64,000 nt of DNA from Phoronis australis (GCA_002633005.1 NMRA01000060.1:1099355-1163354), one strand, 5' to 3'; positions 11,683 through 25,740 are shown, counted from the first letter of the stretch. Notes: a model not told the origin generated them from the letters alone. Program-made: numbers and translations.

Positions 11683-14174
11683 TCATTTAATTTGCTCTGT
11701 CAGTCTATAAAACTATTGATATTCGCATAATAGAACAGATTGTATTAGCTTTAGTGTAAAAGTCTGATTGGATTGGATCTACAATCTGTTTGAAATCAAG
11801 ACATTCAAAGCAGTTCGGCTTCTTTAGCTGGCTAAAAACGAATGTAGAATTATGTCTCTACTCTCATAGAACCAATCTCATGCGTTATTTCATAACGGAA
11901 ATGGAATCCTGTGATGGTAAAGAATATATGAGAACGATTTTTGAGAATAAAAGGCGTAATTTTATTAACCCTGCTTAACATGGTGAAACGTAGCTTCGAT
12001 AATACCCAACAAAAACATGCGAATGAGGCAAATTGTCTCCTACATGAAATTTGAAATGTTAGGCGAAATCTTGCAGTATTTAATTTCAGTAATTTGAAAT
12101 TTGTTTATTTTAGTCTGTCTAAATAAATTCTATTCAATGGTCAAGTTTGTTCATGAACATGTAACTCAGACTGGAACTAATATGGTAAGCCTGATCAAGT
12201 GGTTTTTAAAGTCTGAGATAATTTTAAGAGCTCTTCCTGCGTCATTTGATCATAAAAAAATATTGACGCACACTGATTGCTTAACTGACGGCCGACGATG
12301 CACTAAAACTGTCACAGTTTCACCTGATTTTGTCTTGAATAATGCTCATTACATTTAGAATAAAATACAACTAAAATAAAATACAACTAAAATGCCGAGT
12401 AAGCTGATCAAAACAAGTTCAGTGACATGGGAGTATAGCACATTGTAAAAATGCAGATCCCAACTGTGGATTTAAAGTTGAAACCCAGTTAGCTGTTCTG
12501 ACCAATCACTAATCGCGTACGTAACGTACTAGGTAGCAGGCAAAATCACGCTTATTTCAACTGAATGCCACCCCTCAAGATCGAATTGAAAAATGGCAGT
12601 CATTCAACTGATGTGATGTATAGGTCCTAAAAATTGGTCCATTTGTGACCACGTGGGTCAATTGACTCGTAGCCTGATGTTTTTCTGAAAGGATCCCTAT
12701 AACGTTTATTAAAACCTTTTGTAGATTGTGCTTTATGTTGCTATGGTTCTGCCAATAAGGGTCTCAGTTTTTCTGGTTATTTATAGTGTTTCTACTGGTA
12801 ACTGACATTTTTGGGGAACACATGTTGAGTTGTAGGGACAATTTAATTAAAACAAAGCTGAAAAAATATCGGTAACCAGGGCCTCAGATAAGTGTCTATT
12901 ATTACGGTATTCTACAGTCAAGTACTTAAAGTCCTCTCACACGNTCATTTAATTTGCTCTGTCAGTCTATAAAACTATTGATATTCGCATAATAGAACAG
13001 ATTGTATTAGCTTTAGTGTAAAAGTCTGATTGGATTGGATCTACAATCTGTTTGAAATCAAGACATTCAAAGCAGTTCGGCTTCTTTAGCTGGCTAAAAA
13101 CGAATGTAGAATTATGTCTCTACTCTCATAGAACCAATCTCATGCGTTATTTCATAACGGAAATGGAATCCTGTGATGGTAAAGAATATATGAGAACGAT
13201 TTTTGAGAATAAAAGGCGTAATTTTATTAACCCTGCTAAACATGGTGAAACCTAGCTTCGATAATACCCAACAAAAACATGCGAATGAGGCAAATTGTCT
13301 CCTACATGAAATTTGAAATGTTAGGCGAAATCTTGCAGTATTTAATTTCACTAATTTGAAATTTGTTTATTTTAGTCTCTCTAAATAAATTCTATTCAAT
13401 GGTCAAGTTTGTTCATGAACATGTAACTCAGACTGGAACTAATATGGTAAGCCTGATCAAGTGGTTTTTAACGTCTGGGATAATTTTAAGAGCTCTTCCT
13501 GCGTCATTTGATCATAAAAAAAATATTGACGCACACTGATTGGTTAACTCACGGCCGACGATGCGCTAAAACTGTCACAGTTTCACTTGATTTTGTCTTG
13601 AATAATGCTCATTACATTTAGAATAAAATACAACTAAAATGCCGAGTAAGCTGATGAAAACAAGTTCAGTGACATGGGAGTATAGCATATTGTAAAAATG
13701 CAGATCCCAACTGTGGATTTAAAGTTAAAACCCAGTTAGCTGTTCTGACCACTCACTAATCGCATAACGTACTAGGTAGCAGGCAAAATCACGCATATTT
13801 CAATGCCACCCCCCAAGATCGAATTGAAAAATGGCAGTCATTCAACTGACCTGATGTATAGGTCCTAAAAATTTGTCCATTTGTGACCACGTGGGTCAAT
13901 TGACTCATAGCCTGATGTTTTTCTGAAAGGATCCCTATAACGTTAATTAAAACCTTTTGTAGATTGTGTTGTATGTTGCTATGGTTCTGGCAATAAGGGT
14001 CTCAGTTTTTCTGGTTATTTATAGTGATTCTAGTGGCAATAACTGACGTTTTTGGGGAACACTCGCATGTTGAGTTTTAGGGACAATTTAATTAAAACAA
14101 AGCTTAAAAGTTATCAGTAACCAAGGCCTCAGATAAGTGTCTATTATTACGGTATTCTACGGCCAAGTACTTAA
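11683..14174. repeat. About 1.25-kb near-identical direct duplication across a single n (likely uncollapsed haplotypes)
   Basis: 11683-12929 is repeated at 12945-14174 with scattered SNPs and indels. n at 12944. Confidence 0.85.
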
Positions 14175-14199
14175 TGACTTGGGTGGATAACTGTCTAAC

Positions 14200-14480
14200 C
14201 CTAGTTTGCACTTGGTGACCCCAGCTTTAAAGCTAAAAGTTTGAGTGTGAACTCGAAAATATGCATTTTTATTCAAAATCTTGAGTTTTTACTCAAGTTC
14301 GTAGCTCGAAGTCTAAGGGTCATCAAGTGCAGACTTGGACAAGAAACTCATTTGCATAAACTAAATGTACTCGAGGACAGAGTAAAAAACACTTATCTTG
14401 TCCACACAAAAGTAGAACAGAAAATGAGAAAAATAATTTAGAGTTGAATTTCGAGTACAAAGATTAGACCTGGTTCCAGG
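14200..14480. repeat. Interspersed repeat family (second copy at about 49035-49320)
   Basis: agtttgcacttg(g/a)tgaccccagctt...ttgagtttttactc(a/g)agtt is shared by both loci. Confidence 0.55.
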
Positions 14481-15168
14481 ATGTGTTTATGGTAGTAAGC
14501 GAGTATTCAAAATTTGTAAGCATTGAATGTTTCCTACCAGTGAAGTGTGCCTGAAAATTGTGAAACTTTGGTAATATTTCCACAAGAAATACCCTCACGG
14601 TGTTTGTCAACTTTTCTAAAAGTGGCTGTTTAAATTAGGCTCATGGTCTTAGTCAACAGAGGCCATAGAAATACTCTGTTATGACTAGTGTGAAACGCCT
14701 ACACCGATGACTGGATCAGATCGACTGTGATCAATAAATAGTCTGTGTAAATCTGACTAACTATGCTGTCATAACAATTAGGTATCTTCAATTTAAAAGC
14801 GAACGTGGCTGGAAAATTGAAATATTCTCTTAAACGTTTCTACAAATCGATTGGAAGATTTTAGTTCATTCAATGGGGGTGGGGTAATACCCCAGACCCC
14901 CTCGGCACCTTCAAAGGCCTTTATGGTGTTAATGCTTGTTTGATGAGCACGCACTCTCATGGCAGTTGTTTTATTGGAATTTGAGAAAACTTAGATTTAC
15001 CGTATGTTGAGTTCGCTATAACTTTTTGGTTGCGGTAAGATCTCGCGAATTTTTTGTTCGGGTAATTGAGGAAACTGATCCTTTACATTTTTCAAAGGCT
15101 TCGAACATTTTAGTGAATTCTCAATTATTTCTTGTTGTAACTCTCTTTTGATGGTAGTCATGGCATAA

Positions 15169-15696
15169 GGGGCTTTCATACTATCGTTGACGCGTTGATG
15201 TTTTGGGGAGTTGCTCCTGCGGTCAGTATGAACGCTTAACTTCGGTCCTGGATCTAAGTTAACAGCGCAAGTTAACTGTTAACTTCGCACTAAATAGGTG
15301 GACTTAAGAGTGGAGCGTCGACGCTGCGGTGCAGTATGAATGGTCAACTTCGGTCCTGTCGAAGTTATTGCCAGGTGCCACTGTTATCGTCAACAATTAC
15401 AGGGTAGTGCCATCGCTAATAGTTGCTTATATTTTGCTGCAATAATCACCAATTGATTTAAAAATAAGTTTTATCTCAATTAGCACATGTAAATGTTCTC
15501 AAATTGTCACATTGAAAAAATCTTAGAGTGCAGCGCTACCTTGTGATAACTTCGATGATGTCAGTGTCAACTACCGTTTACTTTGATGTTCATTAACTAC
15601 CGAAGCCAGTATGAACGGTCCAGTTAACTTTGCAGTATACGTCGACGCTCTCAGCAGCTCAGACAAGAGTTAAGTTAAAGTCATTATGAAAGGGCC
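15169..15696 (-). mobile_element. MITE family B copy, reverse orientation
   Basis: ggggctttcatact ... tatgaaagggcc. tcgctaatagttgctt is the reverse complement of aagcaactattagcga at about 31690. Confidence 0.7.
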
Positions 15697-16899
15697 TATA
15701 GAGTTTAAATGGTCATCCTAATTTATTTGGTGCTATGTGTGGGGTAATATACAGTCTGTGTCATGCTCTTGGGGAATATTTAAACATATTTTAGTATCAA
15801 CGCTCGTTTTACTTTTACAATTTTATCTTCTTATCCATTGGTAACTGCAAGCGTTCCAACATCTATTTTATTTACGTATAGGGTAACGGTTACTTATAGG
15901 GTTTTGCATTTTGAGAACCAGTTTTCTCCACTGAATAACAGACATTAAACTGGTTCTCCAAATCCAGGACCACTGTAAGTGACTATTGCCACTTGTTTTC
16001 AAATTTTCTGCCATATAGCGTCCTAAATTGGTAAGATTTTACATTAGGTTTATCCAATACTGTCTCTCACATGTGGTGCTGCACTTTTGAAATTTGTGTT
16101 ACTATGCATTTTTTCCTTGTAATTCATATTTTCATTGAAATAGCTGTTTGCCTTGAAAATGGAAATGAAATTACCCTGTTATGAAGCCACTACTAGTGCT
16201 ATGTATTTAGTGTAAATCTAATTAGTCCGAGTTCATGAATACCACGCAACATTAATGGGGTCTGTGTTCATGATAATTTCTCCAATTCGCCTGTATTTTT
16301 CAGGGGCACTGCCCTTCTTGAGTAAGTTCAGACAACAGTAATTTTCAGGTACGATGATTCTCCACTGATTTCACTCGAAAATAATTGCGAAAACTGCCAG
16401 TTTTCCAATTCTCAACAGCTGATCACAATCTGCAAATAATGAAAGTTTACCAAATGGTCTTTTACCACAATATATGAGGTGCAAGCTATGCACATAATGT
16501 ACGAATATTTTCTTGATCTTAATTTTTATTGAGAAATTTTATGAAATAGAATTTGACTTGTGGGTCGTATTGAGTGCTAAATAAATAAAGAGTTGTTAAT
16601 AAAGAATTACTGTAATCTGCAAAGGTATTTGGCCAGGCATACAGGTACCAAAAGCATACATGTGTGTATGTATGTATGTATGTTATTCAGCGATTTGGGT
16701 TAAACTGAGCTCGCCTTTTTACACTGCACAATGTCGCTTTGTTAGAAATCAAAAGAGCTGTGCAGGGCTCTATGTACAATTGGCCAATTCTGTGTAGTGG
16801 AGTTTTGATAGCCAGGTGATTGCAATTACCTTTGGCCACCCTGTTTGTTAATAGAGGAATGGTACACCTGTCTGTGTGTTTAACTGAGGATTAGAGCTG

Positions 16900-18251
16900 G
16901 ATAATTACCCCCATCTGTTGACACTACATGGGTGATGGTAGTTTAGCAGGGAGCTATAGAGGAGGAAGGACTGGCTGGTGCTACAATGTTACTGAGGAGG
17001 ATTAATTTGTGCAGTAACATTATGTAAAGACCTTTGGATTAATGTTGACCAGGAGAGGAATAAAAAGAGTTGGTGTGAGTAGAGAGCTATATTCAGTACA
17101 ACCTAAAAGTATTCAGACAAAATGAATTGGAAAGCCCCGCCATGACGGCTGGGCGGAGACCAAATTCACCATCAGAGTAATCTCCCCTGATGATCGAGAA
17201 TGAAGGAGAAATTAACATGAAAGTTAGCAAGGAGGCTTAAAAATCTTTCTGCAATGAGAATTTCACCACCCTTATAGTTATTGCCAGTGATTTTTGCTGT
17301 TAACAGAATTAGCTGTCATGGCAACGGTATTTCGTCTGATTACTTTCTGTCTTGCAGTAAAATCTCACCAGGTTAGGAGACAATGTGGCCGACTAGTGGA
17401 ATTTTGTTTCATCGTACTGTGGTTTCCTTGACAGACATGCGGCGTCAAATTAATGCTTTACCATGTTCATAGCCACCGTCATGTTTTGAAAGTGGGTAAC
17501 TTTTCAAAGTTAAAGCTATTTTGGTAATCGTTTTTGTCTGAAATCGGTTATTTTTACTTACCTTATCGCGCAACANGATAATTACCCCCATCTGTTGACA
17601 CTACATGGGTGATGGTAGTTTAGCAGGGAGCTATAGAGGAGGAAGGACTGGCTGGTGCTACAATGTTACTGAGGAGGATTAATTTGTGCAGTAACATTAT
17701 GTAAAGACCTTTGGATTAATGTTGACCAGGAGAGGAATAAAAAGAGTTGGTGTGAGTAAGAGATATATTCAGTACAACCTAAAAGTATTCAGACAAAATG
17801 AATTGGAAAGCCCCGCCATGACGGCTGGGCGGAGGCCAAATTCACCATCAGAGTAGTCTCCCCTGATGATCGAGAACGAAGGGGAAATTAACAAGAAAGT
17901 TAGCAAGGAGGCTTAAAAATCTTTCTGCAATGAGAATTTCACCACCGTTATAGTTATTGCCAGTGATTTTTGCTGTTAACAGAATTAGCTGTCATGGCAA
18001 CGGTATTTCGTCTGATTACTTTCTGTCTTGCAGTAAAATCTCACCAGGTTAGAAGACAATGTGGCCGACTAGTGGAATTTTGTTTCATCGTACTGTGGTT
18101 TCCTTGACAGACATGCCGCGTCAAATTAATGCTTTACCTTGTTCATAGCCACCGTCATATTTTGAAAGTGTGTAACGTTTCACAGTTAAAGCTATTTTGG
18201 TAATCGTTTTTGTCTGAAATCGGTTATTTTTACGTACCTTATCGCGCAACA
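16900..18251. repeat. About 675-bp near-identical direct duplication across a single n (likely assembly/haplotype overlap)
   Basis: 16900-17575 is repeated at 17577-18251, n at 17576. Part of the unit also resembles an interspersed copy at about 60845-61030. Confidence 0.85.
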
Positions 18252-19034
18252 GTTACCGCTTCTTTCTGATTTTGAGGTAGTGTTATGTTGTCATAATCAT
18301 GACGCTTCATCCACTCTGTGTTTGGAATGCCTTTTGGGCCACCGATGCCTCGAGTTTGGGGCCGAATATCGACTACTGTATGGGAAATATTTAGAAGTCA
18401 CACGAAATTCCTCTTATCAGGCCCACAAATTCACCTCCAAGGATTAAAAAACACCCTCAAGGTTAGAATGACGTCTGCAAAATGTAAGTTTTGGCTACTT
18501 TAGGAATTGCTGATAAGGGGTGGTGATCAGGGGGGAGGGGGTGGAATTCAGGTGGCGACCAGGGTGGAGGAATTTCCCCCTCAATAAAAAATACCCTCTC
18601 AGAAGGCACTCGCACCTTTATCTCAGTGAACGAAGGCTCTGGTTTCCCAATTTTGTTGAATGCACTGCTATCATAACAATATGAGATGGACATGTTTCCA
18701 TGGTGAATATATCCCTCTGCCTCATTTCACTCAGAGTGGAGAAAATGATGACTAATCAGTTCACTAATGAAGATGGATATTTTCTGCCCTTTTGTGGTCA
18801 ATCTTCTGCTGGATTGATTTTTGCTAGTTTAAGCAGTGAACTTTTGTGGTAACTTTTGAAATTGACAGCTAGATAGTTATGTAAACATAGAGAGCTGTCT
18901 GATTATTCTTTCTTACAAATATATTACTTTGTTATGTCAAAAATAAATGTCAGTCTCAAAGAATTGGTTTAGATAATTTTCCGCGACCTAATGAAATACT
19001 ATTTTTAGACATTGCTGACATGGTTATATTTCCT

Positions 19035-19355
19035 CTTTGTTCTATATCCTGTTTGTTCTATTTCTTGTGGGTTCCATTTCTCGTGGGTTCTATTTCTTGT
19101 GGGTTCTATTCCCTGTGGGTTCCATTTCTCGTGTGTTCTATTTCTTGTGGGTTCTATTTTTTGTGGGTTCCATTTCCCATGGGTTTCGTTCCCCGTGGGT
19201 TCTATTTCACATGGGTTCTTTTTCTTGTTGGTTCTATTTCACATTGGATCTATTTCTCGTGGGTTCTATTTCTTGTGGGTTCTATTTCCTGTGGGTTCTA
19301 TTACCTCTGGGTTCTATTTCCCGTGGGTTTTATTTTGTGTGGTTTTATTTCCCTT
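19035..19355. repeat. 16-bp minisatellite (consensus GTGGGTTCTATTTCTT), about 20 copies
   Basis: Successive units gtgggttccatttctc / gtgggttctatttctt / gtgggttctattccct. Explains the three overlapping spurious ORFs. Confidence 0.9.
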
Positions 19356-20932
19356 GGTTTCACGTGCATGTGAATTTTCTTAAATATGACAAATGATGCT
19401 TATGTTTGGATGAGAAATGAAATTGAACTGAAGTTTGAAGTGGAAGAAGTGTGAATACTTGAATAAAAAGACCATATCTTTTCATGTAGTGTATGTGACC
19501 GCATTCAGCTACGTCAATTCAGTACAAAGTAATGGTCACGAGCGAGAGCAAAAATAGCTGAACAAATGTGTTTTAGAAAAGGGTGCATCCAGAGCGGTGG
19601 ATGGCAACCCCTTGGAGACCAAGTGTGGCTAAAAAGGCGAAGTGGCTACGATATCTGGCCATTGTGTCTCGCCTGTGTGGAGTTTTCTGCACTCACAAAA
19701 TCTTATGATAAAGAATTAGTTACTCTATATCCGGCTATATAATGAACTCAATGTCCTTGTCTGTCCAAGTCTCTATGCTCACAAGGTTTTATGATCGTTT
19801 TGACTGTTGTTTAGCATTCATCACAAACCGTTCCTCTGTGCATTTGCTTGAAGATACTTAACACTATATGATATATTTGTTTATTGAGCTGTTTACTGCT
19901 TAACAAACAGTAATAACATATTTGAAGTTCGTCCAGTACACACTTAATAGAGATTATTCTCACTCTGCGGTCGAATGCTTTGAAGTGATACATCCGAGAT
20001 AGGATGTTTCCTTAACGACTGTATAACGAGCGGATGTCGCAACTCAGTGGAGGATGTTTTGTTCATGTCACCTAGATATATTGAAGTGAATTTGTCAATG
20101 GCAATAGATGACATACTTTCCTAATGCCGCTCTTGCAGGATAAACTCTTGACACGGCATGAACTAGCTGTATTTACATGGTATTATCAAAAAATGTGCTA
20201 ACAAGAAAAGTTGCTGACAGTATAGTAAAATTTCACAAATTTCTGACAAAAATAATTGCTGAAATTGCACTTTTTTCAGTTTTCAAGTGCTTGTAATACA
20301 TTAATGTGAATAGTATAGTACAGAACTAGTGGCAAAGCATTGTTTTGGTATCGTATGTCATTTATGAAAAAACTCAACTGACCGACATATTGTGAACTAG
20401 ATTGGTGAGATTTCATTGTAAACACGAAACTAAATATGAATGGAAATTTACTTTTAAATACTTTGGGATTTCAGTTTGTGTTATTATGCAACAATCTCTC
20501 AAAACTTTTTGAATTTCAATATCCGCTCACCACGCTCAAAATAGTTTCATTCTCACTGCTGTGCTTAAACTCAGTTTTAGCCTACTCAGTTGAACTGTGC
20601 GGAATCAATGTGTGTCCTTTGGCTCGTGTTGATAACATACTCACCTGTGCTAAGCAGGGATGTGGATTGGCATTGCATGCATACCAAGTGCAGTGGATTC
20701 CGTTTTAAGACTTTTGAAACACCAACATAGATCTGTCCTAATTTCTTTGAAAAGTTTTCTCATAATGCTGTCGCTATCGGCTTCATGTTTTCCAAAAGCT
20801 TAGTGAATTATTAGTCAAATTGTTTTTTTCATTGGATAAGCAGCCGCAATAGAAGTGGGAGTGTAAGCTACCTGCTAAAACTGAGGCGCAAGTGCTTTAT
20901 TTGAATCCAGAGTTTCAGGGAGGTAAACTATT

Positions 20933-21180
20933 AGGGCTTGGAATTTCCTGTTTTAAAAGAGGATTTCCTCTTTTTGTTTCAATTACACTTTATTTGATTT
21001 CCAGTTTCCTCTATTTTCGTCACTTTTTATCATTATTTTGACTTTATCCATGCATAAATGTTTATTTCAGTTGCATTTTTCAATACAAACAATATTTCTA
21101 TCATACAAACCTATTTATTTGTGGAACGATACATCACCTGGAAAACTTTCCTCTTTTTTGTCTTTAATCATTCCAAGCCC
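20933..21180. mobile_element. Short TIR element remnant
   Basis: Inverted termini gggcttggaat ... attccaagccc. TSD unclear. Confidence 0.4.
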
Positions 21181-22852
21181 GACTATGTCAATGATACGTA
21201 AACTGACTACGTAGACCTTGATTAAACAGAACTTCATTGTCAGGATAGATTTGATTGTTAGTAATGAGGTTTATTATGCGACATGGAGTCAGAAATGGAA
21301 ATAAAAATGCAGTCATGTCACTTGTCAATACCTTTTGCAGTTCTCAGATATTTTTCCCATTCAGGTGACCACAGTTGTGTGTTTGAATTAAAACTGTTGC
21401 ACCCATTGTATATCAAGGGAGTTGAGAAGGATTAAGAATGACTAGGTCTGTAGTCCAGTTGTGTTTTTCAAAGCGTATAATAATTTAAAAGGTCTATTTA
21501 AAAACTGCAGGCCTTAGTATTGTCAGTACTGACATTTGAATTTTATTCTATGAGTCCAGAATGTTTCTACGTCAAATAGTTAATAAACAGCATCACCTTC
21601 CTTTACTTTCTCTGCAATTATTTATTATTACTGAGTGTTGGAACCTAGTGTGCTAATGTGACAGTAGGTGGCGAAACTTTGACAGATAATTTGAAAGAAT
21701 CAGCGATATTGCATTGTCTACTTAGCCTTTTTCTTGTGGTGCAATCAGTGATTGCGTAATTTCGTAGTGTATTAAAGGCTAGAACAGCTGTATATCTAAT
21801 TAAATTTGTATGACACTGTCAAGGAACTTCAACAAAAATTTTGTCACACGACAGGTAATGGTGACATGACTTGCACATGCTCTTTGACAAGTAAGTAATT
21901 TACTATAGTAAAACAGACTGAGGCTAACTTCGTAACATCGTATCTCATGATTGGCTGATTGAATTCATCACATAAAATGTATCACGGTTTATATACTGCT
22001 CACCAATATACAGTTTGAAATGTTCCACTTTTGCATGAGAGGCTATCGAAAAACAGGATTTTGATGGCTTTTCTGAAAAGTCAAAAAGTTGCACAAAACC
22101 AAAACCAATTCATAATTTGGAAAACTGTAACATTGTGTTGGAGATTTCATCTTGAACGTTTAGATCAAATCAAATTTGTCAATCCCATGTTAAGTTGTTT
22201 CTTTTTTTTGCTAAATTGGTTCCAAAAACACCTGATTGGTGGCAGATTGGTACGAAGTCAAAAATCAAATAGTATTGTCATTGTACTTTCAAAAAATATG
22301 TACTTTCATTGAGTTAAAATCTACCATTTTATGGACATTCAACTAAATACACAGACTGGCCTACATAGGTAAACTTTACCAATGTTGATCATGATTGGCC
22401 TTAATACCGTACGCTGTCTGATGCGTGCACTCATATTTCACTGAGATAATTCTACTTATGCTGTTCCGCAAGAGCACTCAGAGGATCCCTTCTGCCTTCG
22501 TACAGGTTTGTGCCGAGACATGTAGTTGGCAGGGAACAAGATGATTAGCGTAACTTGCTCTTCCTCAGAAACCAGGGATAAAATCGACACCGCAGTGTCA
22601 ACTCCTGTGTCAACCATTGTTTACGTACATATTTGTGCCATGTCATTTCGTTCCGTTCCGTGACAGCTGTTCCGTGTCAACTAATGTGTGAATGCGATGT
22701 AGGAAGTTATGATATGCGGTCATGCTTGGCAGATCTAAGAACCAAGTGTAAGATTGTCCATCCACTTTAGAAAAGTAGGAAGCTTTTAATCTTTGTACTT
22801 CTTGGTGGCGCTGACTGATTAAATTCCTTCCTTGCCACAGCCATGACAGAGA

Positions 22853-22909
22853 ATGCCACTTGAGGTGACGGTAGAGTTCACTGCCCCCTTGGCCTCATGC
22901 ATTAAAATG
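22853..22909 (+). CDS. MAST: Candidate alternative start exon of the MAST-like gene (exon 22841-22909; MPLEVTVEFTAPLASCIKM)
   Basis: Branch-like CTGAC at 22811, polypyrimidine tract plus CAG at 22840, strong donor ATG|GTGAGT at 22910. The phase 0 end fits exon 27507. Confidence 0.4.
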
Positions 22910-25470
22910 GTGAGTGTGGTCCCTGAGGGTGTAGGGGGGGTATAAAACTGATGTTGACGAGGAGAGGAGAACGCCAAACTGGTGCGGTAGGATTTTGTTG
23001 TGCAGAACACTGTTATCTGTTTCTGCTGCTTCTCTTCACAATCATATGCATGCCATTTGTATAGTGCTGTTCTCGTATGAAAATCGTTTGACATCAATCC
23101 TATGTATTTTTCAAGCAAATTTATGATGGGATTTTTTTGCATTGGAACGGGAATCTGGCGGGAGTTTGAGTTCTGCTGGTTTTGTTGATCTAATTAAAAT
23201 TCTGATCGTTAACTGCATCGTAAAACCACTGGTGCTGGCGCATCAAATTGCACTGCACTGACTGTGTAGCATTGGTGTTTGCCAACAGGGGTGACATAAC
23301 TTTCCAGTATTTATGAATTCTTTGGAGACACCATCAATTCTAGAATGAACCCCATGTATTTTTTCGGGGTATGGCACTTGGGGTTTCATTTAGATTGCAA
23401 AAGATGAAGTAAATAAAAGGTTTTGAAGTGACAACGGGCAGCACTGGTAATTCATTGACAAAACTACAAGTTAAAATATAAACATGATAGACTAAGGCCA
23501 GAAAAAGCATGGTTGGTTCTGATTTATACACCCGACTGGTTTTGACCAAGAATTACGCTCACCGACTTAAAAAAATGCTAACTTCGGCCAAGTAGTCATG
23601 TTTTTGTTTGAGAAGCATCACAAAGGCAGGTTAACTCAGTAAATAAGTTTTGAGATAACACCATATGTGCCAGCTGATGAGTTAAAAAAAACAGAACAAG
23701 CCCCGCATCGTTTTTCTCTCGGGTGGGTTTTCTTTTTTGAAAAAGTGAGCCACTAAAAAGTACGGCACCACTGACTTGATTTACAAAAAGCATATCCTAT
23801 TAAGCTTTTTGGCAAATCGTTTTGATTTCCCAATTGTGCCGCAGGTTTCTAGTGGGCAAGTTCAGAATTGAGCAATGTTCTCAAAGTACCAAAGTACAGT
23901 CTACCTGGAAAACTTGTCTTCCTTTTGAGACCCATTTGGTTACAAATGCACAGTTGCCATTGGCTCCCCATCAGGTGGACGATTGATCGTTTTGTGATTT
24001 CTCCTCACTCTTTCATATCCTGCATGCAACACTCTTAATTATCACCACACTTGATGGCAATCTGCAGGATCATGCTTGAACTTTAGTGGTTATTACTCAA
24101 TGATCATAGAACTGAACTATTGATTTACAGCAGTGGGTCAGTGTTTGCTGTAAGTTCTATTAATCAGTGCTGGTACAACATTCTGATGACAGTTTTAAGT
24201 GGTTAGTTACAACGTGGGTTGTGCAGATTATTGCAGATTTTTCGTGCATCATTTGAGATTTCTAAGAAAATGGCTGTAAAATGGTTTAATTCCAATTTCA
24301 ATGTAATGTTAAAGAAAGCTGCAGTTTCCATTATTTGTCAAAATTTGAATTTTTATGTTAAGTATTATACAACAAAACCCCTATCTACTCATCCTGGTCT
24401 TTGACTTATGGCCGTTGACCAAATGTTGTGTACAAGTTTATGCATGACTTTTAGGGTTCATACTCCCCTGTTAGTAGTACACAATAGTGTAATGTGAAGT
24501 GGCCACAGTGTGTTGACAGGGTTTGACATTTATAAAAGAGCAGTGTGAATTGTTGCGTTCACATGCTGCAAAACACCAGTGTTTAAAGCCGATAACTTAG
24601 TTTTCTCCTGAGGCAAAAAGACCCATTTTAAGTTAGGAAACCTAATACTGTGCCACATTCAAGTACAGGCACACTTAACATTTAGGAGTCAAGATCCCCC
24701 ACGAAAGCAATGGCCAAGGGAGGCCATACCTGTTGAATATTAACTGGTCTCCTGCTGAGAGATCAGGTGTATAATTGAATTGCTGACAGTTGAGCTACCA
24801 GGTCTTGGAAGGAAACTCAGCTCTGCTCCTGAAAGATACGCCAAAGACACCAGGGGTCCATTCCAGGAAAAGCGAGTGAAATGTGGTCGTGTGCTTCCTC
24901 TTCACAATTGACCTATCGCAAGCTCCGCCCCCTTGCGTAATGTCGAGTAACAAACAATAAGTGTTACCCGGCAATGTGTTGTTTGTCGGGTAAAATGGCG
25001 GCTTGGAAACAAAGGTGTGTCAATCATGCTGCGATCTAAATGGTCAGTTAAGCCGTCACTCAAAATCCTGGCGATATGCTGAACAATGGTTTAGTCAATT
25101 ATTTACGTGTGTGCGTCACATTCTTGAAATGATTGATAAAATTATCCCATTAACTAGTAATTACGTGCAAGTCGAGATTTTTCACTTCGGAAATAGTTAT
25201 GTGGAGCGTAAGATTAAATTTCTGACTTAGTCTTATGTTGATTTTCATGAATTTAGGACCTTGATCATATGAATGATTGTAGGGTTCCTTTTTTGCCCCT
25301 GTTTTACAATCCCAAAGTAGCAGTCAGTAGCTGCACCCAATTAGTTGTGTTTCAACCAATAGGGTTCCTTTGTGGACAGTCAAAAAAGTGAAATTACCAC
25401 ATGAGCCTATGTATATTACTGCGTTACATTTAAGTGATGAAATCATTGAGACTAAAGATCCCTTTTGGAA

Positions 25471-25740
25471 CCAACCTTGATGTGGAAAGTGAATCAAGTC
25501 CTTGAGATATGGACAGAACGGCTGTTCACTTTCCACATCAAGGTAAGGTTCTATTTGGTTCCAACCTTGATGTAGAAAGTGAATCAAGTCCTTGAGATAT
25601 GGACAGAACGGCTGTTCACTTTCCACATCAAGGTAAGGTTCTGTTTGGTTCCAACCTTGATGTAGAAAGTGAATCAAGTCCTTGAGATATGGACAGAACG
25701 GCTGTTCACTTTCCACATCAAGGTAAGGTTCTATTTGGTT
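25471..25740. repeat. Three near-identical 90-bp tandem units inside a hairpin-type interspersed element (about 25414-25757)
   Basis: Units start at 25471, 25561 and 25651. Flanked by the inverted repeat aaagatcccttttggaacca / tggttccaaaagggatcttt. Related single copies at about 36755-36940, 56075-56180 and 63008-63205. Confidence 0.9.

Noticed and set aside
11790-13255. Duplicated 62/67-aa ORFs as a tandem gene pair
   Set aside because: They result from the haplotype-overlap duplication, have non-ATG starts and show no coding features.
19012-19396. Three overlapping hydrophobic ORFs
   Set aside because: They are translations of a stop-poor 16-bp minisatellite.
24920-25002. GC box plus YY1-like AAAATGGCGGC as a promoter
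   Set aside because: Such motifs are common inside DNA transposons. Weak inverted termini flank the region (about 24853 and about 25260) and no exon follows.
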